Shown here: positions 36,730 through 49,552 of the stretch, in pieces
How the letters are laid out: the number at the start of each line of letters is the position of its first letter
How positions within the stretch are numbered: position 1 is the first letter of the stretch
Translations under genes and position numbers: made by a program
Source of the DNA: Mobula hypostoma
Lineage: Eukaryota
Length of the DNA: 64,000 bases
Reading direction: 5' to 3'
Assembly: GCF_963921235.1 (NCBI RefSeq)
Contig: NC_086107.1
Coordinates: 96,846,001 to 96,910,000 of the forward strand
Notes under the pieces: model-generated
What the model saw: only the letters and a program-made list of their open reading frames with translations
Told to the model about the DNA's origin: nothing
The model's database searches: none

Positions 36730-38048
36730 TCACCTTTCAGCATACGGATCTGGCCTTGTCAGCGCCTTACAGACAACTGTCTCTACACTTGTACTGACTT
36801 CTCTTGCAATAAACACTAACACCCCATTTTCCTTCTTGACTGCTTGCTGTACCTGGATGTTAACTTCCAAATGATTTGCGGGCAAGGGCACCCGTGTCTC
36901 TGTGAACATCAACACTTTCTAATCTCGCTCCTTTAAAAAAAAGTCATAGAGTCACAGAAAAGTACAGCAGAGCAATGCGCCCTTTGGCCCATCTAGTCCA
37001 TGCTGAAACCATTTAAACTGCCTACTCCCATCAACCTGCACCAGGACCATAGGCCTCCATATCCCTACCATCCATGTTCCTATCCAAACTCCTCTTAAAC
37101 ATTGAAGTCGAGCTCGCACGCACCACTTCTGCTGGCAGCTCAGTCCACACTCTACGACCCTCAGTGAATAGAATTCTCCTCATGTTCCCCTTAAAACTTT
37201 TCACTTTTCACTTCAGCCCATGACCTCTGGTTGTAGCCCCACCTAATCTCAGTGGAAAAAGCCTGCTTGCATTTACCCTATCCATACGTTCATCATTTTG
37301 TATACCTCTATCAAACCTCCTCTCAATTTTCTGCATTCCAAGGAATAAAGTCCTAACCTATTCAATCTTTCCTTATAACTTAGGTCCTCCAGACCCAGCA
37401 ACATTGTTGTAAATTTTCCCTGTATCCTTTCAACCTTATTTATATCTTTCCTGTAGAAACTCCAGTAAATACTCCACTTTATAAAAGAAACTCGACTAAG
37501 GTGGATGACCTCCTGTTTTTCCACATCATATTCTATCTGCCATGTCCTTGCCCTTACACATAACCTGTCCATATCTCCCTTAAGCCCCACTGTATATCCA
37601 CACAGCCCATATTGTCACCTAAACTTGAATATACTGTATTTAGCACGTTCCCCTTGTCTGAGTCAGTGATGTGCTTTGTGAAGAGTTGGGGTTCCTGTAC
37701 TTGAAGTACATAAAAGTGGACAGATACTTAGGACCTGATGAAATGCATCCTATGCTGCTATGGGAAGGAACAGAGGAGATAGCTGGGGCAGTGAAAGAGA
37801 TTTGTGCATCTTCTCTGGTCTCAAGGGACCAGAAGACTGGAGAATAGTTAATGTTGTCCCATTATTTACGAAGGGCAGTGGGAACAAGCCAGGTATTGAC
37901 AGACCAGTGAGTCTTCAATCAGTGGTAAGGAAATAACTGGAAAAAAATTCCCAAGAACAGGATTTATTTACACTTGAAAAGGCACACAAAGAGTGGAGAT
38001 AATCAGCTTGGAGTGGAGATAATCATGTGAAATCTTGTCTCACCAATT
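36730..38048. mobile_element. Cluster of CR1 fragments (minus 36730-37620 with a nested copy at ~36945-37460; plus 37700-38048)
   Basis: LGLYSLECRKLRGGLIE on minus; remnants of GPDEMHP and RPVSL on plus. Confidence 0.75.
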
Positions 38049-38149
38049 GTGACTGGTTGCATCATGGTTTGGTGTGACAATTCAATTGTGCAAGAAGCTG
38101 CAGAGAGTAGTGGAATCAGCTCAATACATCATAGCTATATCCCTCCCTG

Positions 38150-38500
38150 GGTGGCAGGGTGGAGATACCAAAGGAGGTGTAAAGTGCCTGCAGGTCACCC
38201 TGGGCAAGGTGTAGCACCTGCTTATCCCCCCGGATCAGGGTTCCATGAAGCCATGGGAGCCGGTGGTGGATGGCCGTATGAGCAGCCGGTACATATCGCA
38301 AGTCCTGGTTATGCAACCACTGATGCCAGGCAGACAATCTCTGAAGAGTATTGATCTTGGCTGAGGTCACCCATCTTGTAAAGACACTGTCCAGAAGAAG
38401 GCAATGGCAAACCACTTCTGTAGCAAAATTTGCCAAGAACAATCATGGTTATGTGACCATGATCACCTATGTCATACGACACGGCACACGATGATGATGA
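38150..38500 (+). mobile_element. Non-autonomous RTE-related element, copy 1
   Basis: Contains gaagaaggcaatggcaaaccacttc...tttgccaagaa (RTE/Bov-B-like terminal motif); (GAT)n tail. Confidence 0.65.
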
Positions 38501-38809
38501 TAACATCCCTCTCCCCACAGATGCTGCCTGACATGCTGAGTATTTCCACCTTTTTTCTGTTTCTATTTCAGATTTACAGCATCTGTAGATCTTTGCTTTT
38601 CTTTGAAATGACATATGGAACACAAGAAGTAACTGATGATGCAGCGGTCGCCTTTCACCGCCGTATATCTGGAAGGTTGTTTCGGGCAGAAATTTTTTTT
38701 TACAAGTTCTTAAACTAGCAATGTGGCCAGGGGATTGGGAAAAATTAGACAGGAAGTAATAATCATAGCGTTAACCAGGCATGCTAAAATTACTAAGTGT
38801 AATGTACTT

Positions 38810-39163
38810 GGATGGTAGGGTGAAGATAGGTCTCCACCAACGGACCCTTCAGGTCACCCTTAGGCAAGATGTAGCACCTGCTTAGCCCTCCGATCAGGGT
38901 CACGAGAAGCCATGCGAGAAGGTGGTACATGGTCTTACGAGCTGCTGGTGCATAATACAAGTCCTGGGTTGTGTGACCGCTGACGCCAGCAGACAATCTC
39001 TGAAGATTATTGATAATGGCTGGGGTCACCCATCTTGTAAGGACACTGCCCAGAAGAAGGCAATGGCAAACCATTTCTGTAGAAAAATTTGCCAAGAACC
39101 ATCATGGTCAAAGACCATGATCGCTCACATCATATGACACAGGACATAATTATGATAATGATA
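38810..39163 (+). mobile_element. Non-autonomous RTE-related element, copy 2
   Basis: Colinear with 38150-38500. Confidence 0.65.
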
Positions 39164-39529
39164 TTGCACCAATGAAGTAACTGGTGATGAAATAATTACA
39201 AATTTTGGAAATCTGAATTGGAAAGAGTGTGTTGGGAAGGTACTAATCTGATACCAGTCCCTTGAAATAAGCACTGTCTTCTACCTCTGTTTTGGGAGGT
39301 TACCAGGCAGACTAAGAAAGCGATTCAAGGATGACCTAAAATAAGTTTCTGTGAAGAAAATCGCCACTGGATCTCAACCTCTTTGGGTGGGATGGCCTTG
39401 AAAGCCTTGAGGCCATGTGCTGGGAGCAAAGAGAAGGAGGGCTTCAGCTCATAAAGCAACCAGCCACCGTCTGCCCTACCTGCAGCTCCCACAACCTCAA
39501 TCCCACATCTCACAGAGGAAACACATCAT

Positions 39530-39648
39530 AAACACAAGAGATTTTGCAGATGCTGGAAATCCAGGGTAACACACACACAAAGCTAGAGCAGGTCAGGCAG
39601 CTTCTATAGAAATGAATAAACGTTTCAGGCTGAGACCCTTCATCAGGA
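39530..39648 (-). mobile_element. Penelope-derived short element; hammerhead core present, stem I lost
   Basis: cctgatgaagggtctcagcctgaaacgttt on minus, plus tail. Confidence 0.7.
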
Positions 39649-40019
39649 AGCAAGACGCCATTGATTCCAGGGGTCTGCCTAAGGGGAATGTAACATATGT
39701 CCAACTCCGATGCATCTCGTTGTCACCAATTTTGCCCACACTTCACCAATATTATTCAAAAGTTCATGGTTTAGAAGACAAAGAGAACAGTTTGGGCATT
39801 GGAGTGAAAGACTAAAAAGATAGAGGGAGGAGATTAAATGCAGGAAGGACCGTGAAACTTTTGGAAGCAGCAGAATAAGCAACATCTTTGCAGATAGAAT
39901 CCAGTGGTCCGGGTCTGCAACACCATGTTGACATTAAGGGGAAACTGTGTGCATCTCCAATGGGAATCATCAAGTATTCCCATTTGGGATTACTGTAGCT
40001 GAAATCCATTGTCACGGCC

Positions 40020-43000
40020 ATGGGTACTGCAATAAGCAACACTGTTTTAAGATGTTTAAGAAATTCTATGGATACCCAAAATCAATGAACCTTGAAATGG
40101 CAGACTCGGGCTGCGAATGGTGTTCACCGTTAAGAAAACATAAATAGGGATGACGTGCCGGTCTGTAAATACAATTGAAATGCAGTGGCTTTAGATCCCC
40201 AATCCTGACTATCCTGTTGGTGAATGTACAGTCTCTAGAAAATAAAATGGAAGTCCTCAGAGCAAGATTGCTGAACCAGAGAGATATTAAGGACTGGTGT
40301 GTACTTTGCTTCATGGAAACGTGGCTATCTTCATCCATTTCAGATGCAGCACTGCAGCTCGATGGCTTCATGGTTCTCTGCAAGGATAGGAAAGCTGAGA
40401 TTTTTAAAGGCAGAGTTGGTGGAGAATGCTTTATGATTAACTCATCGTAGTGACCAAATGTAGCTATTCTGTCTCAGTCTTGCTCACATAACCTGGTACA
40501 TCTAGCAGTCAAATGTCATCATTTTGTCTGCCGAGGGGATTTTCCACCATCATCCTGGTAGCAGTGTACATTCCAAAGTCAGACAGGCACTGGAGGAACT
40601 GAGCAATGTAAACAGTAGGCACAAAACTGTGCACCCTATCATTACGGGAGATTTCAACCAGGTCAGCTCGAAGAAGTCTCTGAACAACTACCACCAACAT
40701 ATCACCTATGGAACCAGAGGAGCCAACACACTTGACCACTGTTATACCCCCATCAAGTACATGTACTATACCATCCCACCCCACACTTTTGGAAGTCTGA
40801 TCGTCTGGCTGTACTTCTACACCCAGTAATAGGTAGAGGCTAAAGGCTGTAACATCAGTGGTGAGGACCAAGAAGGTATGGTCAAGGGAGGCAGAGGAAC
40901 GCTTACAGGAGTGCTTTAAGTCAGTGGTCTGGACAATATTCAGGAATCCATCTACAAGTCTGAATGAATTTGTCACAGTTCTCACTGATTTCAACAAGAT
41001 CTGTGTAGGTGAGTGTGTTCCGAGAACATATCAGACATATACAAACCAAAAGCTGTGGATGAACCAGGAAATTTGTGGTCTGCTGAGGGCTAGATCTGTG
41101 GCATTCAAGACTGGTGATGCAGAACTATACAAGAAGTCCAAGTACAATCTACTGAAGGCTATTTTAAGGGCAAAAAAAAACAATTTTGATTGAGACGGAA
41201 TTGGATGTACAACAGCTCTGGCTGGGTTTGCGGGCCATTATCTCCTACAAAGCTGTGATACTTCACTCCCAGATGAGCTCAACGCCTTTTACAATTGCCT
41301 TGAAATGGAGAATAAAACTACCAGCGAGAATCCCTGCAGCATCTGGTCACCCTGTGATCTCAGTTTTGGAGGCCAAAGTCAGAACTTTATTCAAGAGGGT
41401 GAATCCATGCAAGGCGTAAGGCCCTGATGTGTACCTGGTGGGAACTGAAAACCAAGTTCAAAGTAAATTTTATTATCAGAGTACATACGTGCCACCGCAT
41501 AAAACCCTGAGATTCCTTTTTCCTGTGGGCATACTCAGCAAATCTATAGAATGGTAACTGTAAACAGGATCAATGAAAGATCAAGAAGAGTGCAGAAGTC
41601 AACAAACTGTGCAAATGCAAATATAAATAAATGCCAATAAATAATGAGAACATGAAATGACAAAATAAAGAGTCTTTAAAGTTAGATCTTTGGCGTGGGA
41701 ACCAAGAATGGACAGGTGAGTGTAGTAATGACCTTTCATTCAAGACCCTGATGGTTGAGGGGTAGGTGACGGTTCTTGAACTTGGTGGTGCGAGTCCTGC
41801 ACCAACTGATGGGAGTGTTCAAGGACATCTTCAATCTCTCACTGCTGTTGTCGGAGGGTCCCACCTGATTCAAAAGGGTGGCAATCTTGCCAGTGCCCCA
41901 GAAGAGCAGGATGAGCTGCCTCAATGACTGTCACCCAGTGGCATTCACATCCACTGTGACGAAGTGCTTTCAGAGTTTGGTCCTGGCTAGCACGGACTCC
42001 GGACTAAGCAAGAATTGGATCCACTGTAATTGGCTTATTGCCACAATCGTTCTGCGATGGATACAAATTTACTGGCTCTCCACGCGGCCTTGGATCACCT
42101 GGACAATAGCAATACCTACGTGAGGCTGATGTTTATTGACTACAGCTCAGCGTTCAACGCAATCATACTCCCAGTTCGGATCACTGGGATCCGAAACCTG
42201 GACCTCTGTACCTCCCTCTGCAACTGGATCCTTCACTTCCTCACCAGGAGCCCACAGTCTGTGTTAATTGGAAATTAACACCTACTCTCCCTACATCCAC
42301 AACTCTGTGGCTAGGCACAGCTCAAATGCCATCTATAAATTTGCGGACAACACGAATATTGTTGGCAGGGTTTCAGATGGTGACGAGGAGGCGTAAAGGA
42401 GTGAGATAGATCAGCTAGTTGTGTGGTGTGACAACAACAGCCTTACATTCAGTGTCATTAAGACCAAGAAATTGATTGTGGACATCAGGAAGGGGAAGTC
42501 GAGGGAACACACCAGTCCTCATTGAGGAATTAGCAGTGGAAAATGTGAGTAGTTTCATGCTCCTGGGTGATAATATCTTTGATGTCCCATCCTAGGCCCA
42601 ATATATCGACACAATTACAAAGAAGGCACAACGGTAGCTATATATCGTTAGGACTTGAGGAGATTTAGTGTGTCACTAAAGACGCTTGCAAATTTCTACA
42701 TGGGTACCATGGGAGCATTTTTACTGGTTGCATCACTGTCTGGTATGGAGGGGTCACTGCAGTGTATTGGAAAAAAGCAGCAGAAACTTCCAGCTCCACC
42801 ATGGGTACTAGCATCCCCAGCATTGCAGGACACCTTCAATAGGCGATGACTCAAAAAGGCAGCATCCATCATTAAGGACCCTCATCACCCTAAGACTACC
42901 ATCCTCTCATTGCTACCATCAAGGAGGTACAGGAGCCTGAAGACACACAGCGATTCAGGAACAGCTTCATCCCCTCTACCATCAGATTTCTGAAGAGACA

Positions 43001-43155
43001 TTGAACCCATGAACACTACCTCAGTATTTTATCCTCTTCCTTTGCTCTACATATTTAATTTCCTTTGTTTATATATACTTATTGTAAATTATAGTTTTTA
43101 ATATTATGAACTGAAATAGACTGCTGCCGTAAAGCAACAAAGTCCACGATATTAA
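40020..43155 (+). mobile_element. Decayed near-complete Rex1/Babar LINE, interrupted by an inverted Rex tail at ~41455-41800
   Basis: EN motifs (LLVNVQSLENK, CFMETWL, GDFN), RT ([14 protein letters not shown]) and a 3' tail ending ~185 bp before the CENPM ATG. Confidence 0.88.
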
Positions 43156-43224
43156 TTCCGGGAGTCCATGGTCCTCCCATCCGCAGCAGTCGCTGCAACA
43201 CTAAACAGCAGCACTGCCGAATCT

Positions 43225-43340
43225 AATGGCTGCGCATGACAAGTCGTTTTGGCATGACGTCATGCGATTAGCACGCTGCGTGACAACGCAAGAGGGGAGA
43301 GGTTTTTTTCAAAGCGGATGGCGCGCGCGGGCGGTGGGAG
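43225..43340 (+). promoter_or_regulatory. CENPM promoter/5'UTR with CRE, inverted CHR and E2F-like motifs
   Basis: Palindrome GCATGACGTCATGC at 43252-43265; TTCAAA (inverted CHR) at 43308-43313; TGGCGCGC at 43319-43326; CpG-rich. Confidence 0.65.
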
Positions 43341-43397
43341 ATGGCGACGTTGAGGCCGTTTAGCAAACACCCGGACCTCAACACGGCCACTGTGCTG
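43341..43397 (+). CDS. CENPM: Centromere protein M, coding exon 1
   Basis: MATLRPFSKHPDLNTATVL resembles the CENP-M N-terminus (human MSVLRPLDKLPGLNTATIL). 57 nt, followed by a GT donor, in CpG-rich context. Confidence 0.92.
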
Positions 43398-43404
43398 GTG
43401 CGGA

Positions 43405-43730
43405 CCCTCCCCCGTCACCCTTCCCTTCCTCATCCCTCACCGACTCCCCCTCGCCCTCCCGACCCCTCCACCCTCACTGAACCTTCCTTCATCCTAACCT
43501 ACCCCCTCCCCTCCACCATCACCGACCCTTCCTCCCCCTCCACTCTCACTGAACTAACCTCCACCCTCACCGAACCCCATGTCCAACACGCTCACAGAAC
43601 TCCTTCCCCCCACACCCCTCCCCCCCACCTCCCTCCCCCCACCCCTCCCTCCCCCCACCCCTCCCCCCACCCCTCCCCATCCCCCCTCCCCCCCACCCCT
43701 CCCCATTCCCCCTCTCCCCATCCCCCCTTA
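43405..43730. repeat. C-rich low-complexity tract in CENPM intron 1
   Basis: Repeated ccctcac(c/t)gaac units and many C4-C6 runs. Confidence 0.85.
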
Positions 43731-43925
43731 AGTTGGGGGAGAGCTCAGACTGTGAATGCCCTCTTTCAGCAGCCTGGTTGAATATCTCTGAGCCATTACA
43801 AAATCTTACTGAAAGCGCAATCGGGAATGTCTTCAATTTGGAAGTCTTTATCTTGCATGGGGGCTGATGTATGTTAAATTTAAGTTAAATTTACAAGTCT
43901 CTTAAAAATATTTCTGTCTTTGCAG

Positions 43926-44005
43926 TTAGTTGGAGCTGAAGCTCTTCCTCTAGAACAACTTGCGGCGGCGATTCTGAAGGAGAACAGGTCGTTTGAAGTG
44001 AATGT
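43926..44005 (+). CDS. CENPM: Centromere protein M, coding exon 2
   Basis: ttgcag|TTA...AAT GT|gtaagt; 80 nt; LVGAEALPLEQLAAAILKENRSFEVN(V), in frame with exon 1. Confidence 0.92.
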
Positions 44006-45523
44006 GTAAGTTCTGCTGATTACAGATACATTGAAATCAGTTGGGCTGAGTGGTACCCTGGTAATCAGGGAACCATGATAGAGTAATGGGTTGGTCAATG
44101 AATTGCCTTTATTTCAAAACTGTTGTATTTGTGACAATGGCTTCAAAACTTTCTCCAATGTGTTTGTTCTCATTCATTTAAGTATTTCCTGATTTCATTT
44201 GAAGTGGCCCAGCTATTTAGGACTTTGTACTCTTGTTCTGGACTTTTCAGCATATCAGTGCCTCTTACCTTATGTAATTCTTTTGACACTTAAACAAGTT
44301 GATTAGGTTTCCAAAGTAAAAACTGCAAGTGTTGGAAGTAAAACAGGATATGCTAGACGAGGTAACAGTTCAGGTTCTTTGTCAGAACTGGAACTAAGAA
44401 GACATTTTTTGTTTTCAGTAACATTTATTTATTGAGATACAGCATGGAACAGGCCCTTTCAGCCATGCCACCCAGCAACCTCTGATTCTAAGTTACCACA
44501 GATCAATTTACAATGACCAATTAACTTACCAAACAGTATGTCTTTGACCAGCGGCCAATCTGGATATTGGAAGTTGGATACTTCAATCAGGTCCACTGCC
44601 TGAGAATAAAAGGCAGGGATAGGTCATGACAGTGTAATAGTGCTTTGACCAGCGACCAGCGGTGTTTGGGATTGATTAGTAAGAGCAAATAAAAGGAAGG
44701 CAGAGGCAAATGCAACGGCCGTTGTCTGGACTGCCAGAGTGGTGATCTTAAGGTGTTAGCTCTTCAAGGTTTCAGTTAAGAGTGGCTTCACTTAGAGAAA
44801 GCAAAGTAAAGAAAACCTCAATTTTTTTCCCTTCTGTATATCTGCTGAGCTAGGATAGTAGAAATGACAGCCAGGGCAGTGAAATGTTGTTCTTGCAGGA
44901 TGTTGGAAGGCAGGGATACCGCCAGTCCCTGACGATTACAACTGTGAGAAGTGCATCCAGCTGCAGCTTCTAGCAAACCGCATTAAGGAGTTGGAGCTAG
45001 AGCTGGATTATTCAGGAGTCTGAGGAGGTGATAGATAGGCCATATAGAGAGGTAGTTACACCCAAGGTGACAGTTGTGAAGGGGAAAGGGGTTAAGGAGC
45101 TAGTGTACAGTACCCTTGTGGTCGTCCCCCTCAGCAATAAGTATATCACTTTAGATACTGTTGAGGGGTGATGACCTAACCAGAGGAAAGTCACAATGGT
45201 TGGGTCTCTACCACTAAGCATGTCTCAGTAATTCAGAGGGAAGTGGGGAGAAAAGGCATGCTGGGTGATCAGGGATTCATTAGGGGAATGAGCAAGAGGT
45301 TCTGTGGGCGAGAACAAGGTTCCCGGATGGTCGAGTCCTCAGGATTCTTAATTAGGAAGGTGAACAGCCAGGAGTTGTGGTCCATGTAGTTAGGATAGGG
45401 AGTTCATGGAGTTAGGTGCTAAGATAAAAGGCAGGACTTCCATGGTTGTGATTTCACTCATGCCACGTGCTAGTGAGGCTAGAACTAGGAAGATTATACA
45501 GTTTAATATCTGGCTAATATGTT

Positions 45524-45830
45524 GGTGCGTGGCCAAGTGGTTAAGGCATTCGTCTAGTGATTTGAAGGTCGCTAGTTTGAGCCTTGGCTGAGGCAGCATG
45601 TGTGTCCTTGAGCAAGGCACTTAACTACACATTGCTCTGCGATGACACCGGTGCCAAGCTGTATGGGTCTGAATGTCTTTCCCTTGGACAACATCGGTGG
45701 CGTGGAGAGGGGAGACTTGCAGCATGGGCAACTGCTGGTCTTCCATACAACCTTGCCCAGGCCTGCGCCCTGGAAACCTTCCAAGGCACAAATCCATGGT
45801 CTCATGAGACTAACGGATGCCTATAAATAA
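45524..45830 (+). mobile_element. tRNA-derived SINE with a CORE-like motif, inserted in CR1 ORF1
   Basis: A box tggccaagtgg; motif gtgtccttgagcaaggcacttaac; flanking gttggtg duplication. Confidence 0.8.
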
Positions 45831-47272
45831 GTAGTTGGTGTACGAGGGAGGGCATAAGATTTTTGGATCATTGTGTTCTCTTCCAGGGATACAGAGGGCC
45901 AGTTTGTACCTGAACTGGAGGGGGACTAATATCCTTGCAGGAAGGTTTGTTACTGCTGCATGGTGGGGTTTAACCTGGAGTTCCAGCGGAATGGGAGCCA
46001 GAGTGCCAGAGCAATCAGTGGGGAGTTTGTGGAGGCAGATGTTGGTAAGATCTCAGACAAAGTAAGGAAGCAAAAGGTTCAGCATGGACCAACTAGTGTC
46101 CTGAGCTGCAAGAAGTATTGTAGGAAACATGAATAATAGTGCTGAAGATGGGGTAGCTGGTTTACAAATGGGCAACCCGTAGTGAGGAGAGGCTGTTGAT
46201 AGGACAAAATTGGAGACAATTGAAGGAGTTGCAACATTAAAGTGGACAAAATCGAAAAGGGTGAATATAGGACTGAAGGTGTTGGATTGGTAGATGAACT
46301 TGCAGCACAGTTGCAGATTGACAGGTATGATATTGGCATCACTGAATCATGGCAGAAAGATTATAGCTGGGAGCTTAATGTCCAAGGATACACATTGTAT
46401 CAAAAGGATAGGCAGGAAGGCAGGGGGCGCGGCATTGCTCTGTTAATAAAAGATGAAATCGGGGAAAAAAAGAGGTGATATAGGGTCACAAGATGTTGAA
46501 TCATTGTGGATAGAGCTAAGGAACTTCAAGGGTAAAAAGACACTGATGTGAACTGTATACAGACCCCCAAACAATAGTAAGGATGTGGCCTATAAATTAC
46601 AACAGGAGGTTGAAAATGCATGCCAAAAAGGCAATGTTGCAATAGTCTTGGTGGACTTTAATATGCATGTTGATTGGGGAAAATCAGGTTGGTGCTGGAT
46701 TACAGGAGGGGGAATTTCTAGAGTGCCTACGAGATGGCTTTTTCAAGCAGTTTATGGTTGAGCCCAGCTATTGTGGACTGGGTGTTGTGTAATGAACCAG
46801 AATTGATTAGAGAGCTTAAGGTAAAAGAACCCTCAGGGGAAAGTGGTCATAATATGATTGAATTCACCCCGAAATCTGAGAAGGGGAAACTAAAGTCAGA
46901 TGTATCAGTGTTACAGTGGAGTAAAGGGAATTACAGAGGCATGAGAGAGGAGTTGGCCAGAATTGATTGGAAAAGAACACTGGCAGGGATGATGGCAGAG
47001 CAGCAGAGGTTGGAATTTCTGGAAGTAATTTGGCAGGCACAGGATATATACATTCCAAAGAGGAAGTAGTCTAAAGGAAAGGTGACATAACTGACTAACA
47101 AGAGAAGTCAAAGCCAACATAAAAGGGGAAATGAGGGCATATAATGGAGCAAAAATTAGGTGCAAGTTAGAGGATTGGGAAACTTAAAAACCAACAGAAG
47201 GCAACTAAAAAAAAAATCATTAAGAAGGTAAAGATGGAGCACGAGAATAAGACACTTAATAATATTAAAGAG

Positions 47273-47555
47273 TGTGGCGCGTGGCCAAGTGGTTAGGGTG
47301 TTGGGGTCACGATCTGAAGGTCGTGGGTTCGACTCTTGGCCAGGGCAGCGTGTTGTGTCTTTGAGCAAGGCACATAACCACACACCGCTCCAGTCCACCC
47401 AGCTGAAAATGGGTACTGGCGAATGCTGGGGGTTAACTGACGTCCTATCCCGGGGGGGGGGCGGGGGAAGTCTCGTACTCAGTCATTTCACGCCACAGAA
47501 ACCGGCATAAGCACTGGCCTGATGGGCCACAAAGGCTCGGGACAGACTTTGACTA
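47273..47555 (+). mobile_element. tRNA-derived SINE with a CORE-like motif, inserted in CR1 ORF2
   Basis: A box tggccaagtgg, B box ggttcgactct, gtgtctttgagcaaggcacataacc; target-site duplication attaaagag on both sides. Confidence 0.85.
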
Positions 47556-49404
47556 AAATTAAAGAGGATACCTAAAGTTTCTTCAGATACATATACATAA
47601 AGTGTAAAAGACACTTACACATAAAGTGTATTGGACCACTGGAAAACTATGTTGGAGAGGTAACAATGGAAAACTTCACTGTGGAAGACACTAGCAGTAT
47701 GGTGGAAGTTCTACGTGTCAGAGGCGTGAAGTGTGTGAAGTTACTATAACTAGAGAAAAGGTTCTTGGGGAAACTGAAAGTTCTGACGGTAGATAAGTTA
47801 CCTGGACCAGATGATGTGCATCCCAGAGTTCTGTGGAAGGTGGCTGAATAGATTGTGGGGGTGTTTGTAGTGATCTTTCAAGAATCACTAGGTTATGGAA
47901 TGGTTCCAGAAGACTGTAAAATTGCAAATGTCACTTCACTGTTCAAGAAGGGAGGCAGAATAAAGGAAACTATAGGCCAGTTAGTCTGACTTCAGTGGTC
48001 AGGAAGATGTTGGAGTCGATTGTTAAGAATGAGGTCTCATTGGAGGCACATGATAAAATTGGCTGTAGTCAGGCATGGTTTCCTCAAGGGAAAATGTTGC
48101 CTGATAAATCTGTTGGAATTCTTTGAAGAAGTAACAAGCAGGATAGACAAAGGAGAATCGGTTGATATGTACTTGGATTTTCAGAATGTCTTTGACAAGG
48201 TGCCACACATGAGACTGCTTAACAAGCTATGAGCCTGTGGAATTACAGGAAAGATTCCAGCATGGATAAAGCAGTGGCTAATTGGCAGGAGGCAAAGAGT
48301 GGGAATAAAGGGAGCCTTTCTGGCTAGCTGCTGGTGACTAGTGGTGTTCCACAGGGGTATGTGTTGGGACCAATTCTTTTTATCTTGTATGTCAGTGATT
48401 TGGATGATGGAATTGATAGCTTTGTTGTAAAGTTTACAGATGATATGAAGATAGATGGAAGGCAGGTAGTTTTGAGGAAGTAGAGAGGCTACAGAAGGAC
48501 TTGGATTAGGAGAATTGGCAAAGAAATAGCAGAAATAGTAGAAATAGTCAACTGATGCTGACTGACCTGCTGAGTTCCTCCAGCGCAATGTGAGTGTTCA
48601 GATGAAATAGTGTTGGGAAGTGTATGGTCATGCACTTTGGTAGAATAAGTGAAAGGGGTGACTATTTTCTATATGGAGGGAAAATTAAAAAAATAAATGG
48701 GGTGCAAAGGGATTTGGAAGTCCTTGTGCAGCTTTCCCTGAAGGTTAATTTGCACGGTTGCATCTGTGGTGAGGAGGGCAAATGTAATGCTGGCATTCAT
48801 TTCAAGGGGACTAGAATATAAAAGCAAGGGTGTAATGTTGAGACTTTACAAAGCACTGTTGAGGCCTCACAGAGTACTGTGAGCAGTTTTTGGCCCCTTA
48901 TCTTAGAAAGAATGTGCTGAAACCAGAGAGGGTTCAAAGGAGGTTCACAAAAATGATTTCAGGATTGAATGGCTTGTCATATGAAGATAGTCTGATGACT
49001 GGGCCTGTATTCGCTGGAATTCTGAAGAAAGAGGAGTGACCTCATTTAAACCTATGGAATGGTGGAAGGCCTTAAAAAGAGTGGATGTGGAGAGGATGTT
49101 TCATATGGTGGGAGAGTCTAAGACCAAAGGACACAGCCTTAGAATAGAGGGATGTCCTTTGAGAATGGAGGTGAGAAGTTTCTTTAGCTATGATGGTGAA
49201 TCTGTGGAATTCTTTGCCACAGGCAGCTGTGGAGGCCAAGTCTTTATGTATATTTAAGGCAGAGGTTGATGGATACTTGTTGGTCAGGGCATGAAGGGAT
49301 ATGAGCAGAAGGTAAGAGATTGGACTGAGAGAAAATTAGATCAACCATGATGAAATGGCAGAGCAGATTTGATGGGCCAAAATTCTGCTCCTGTATATTA
49401 TGGT

Positions 49405-49552
49405 CTTTGGACTGTGGGAGAAGACTAGAGCACTTGGAGGAAACCCACGCTGTCTTGGGAAGAACGAACAAGCTCCTTATGGGCAGTGGTGGGAATTGAA
49501 CCTGGGTCGCTGGTACTATAAAGCATTGTGGTAACCATTGCATTGCTGTGCT
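49405..49552 (-). mobile_element. V-SINE 5' part
   Basis: B box ggttcaattccc and V-domain on minus. Confidence 0.7.

Larger units (their letters stand above)
44540..49408 (+). mobile_element. Older, decayed near-full-length CR1 in CENPM intron 2, interrupted by SINEs
   Basis: Remnants of the ORF1 zinc finger (44864 onward), esterase, EN (YDIGITESW), RT (DFQNVFDKVPH) and 3'UTR; many stops and frameshifts. Confidence 0.85.

Noticed and set aside
43398..43781. Proline-rich 146-aa ORF
   Set aside because: Read-through of CENPM exon 1 into the C-rich intron.
47274..47345. tRNA gene (also near 45525 and 28790)
   Set aside because: A/B boxes continue into SINE bodies with tails and, for two copies, flanking duplications; no complete cloverleaf or terminator.
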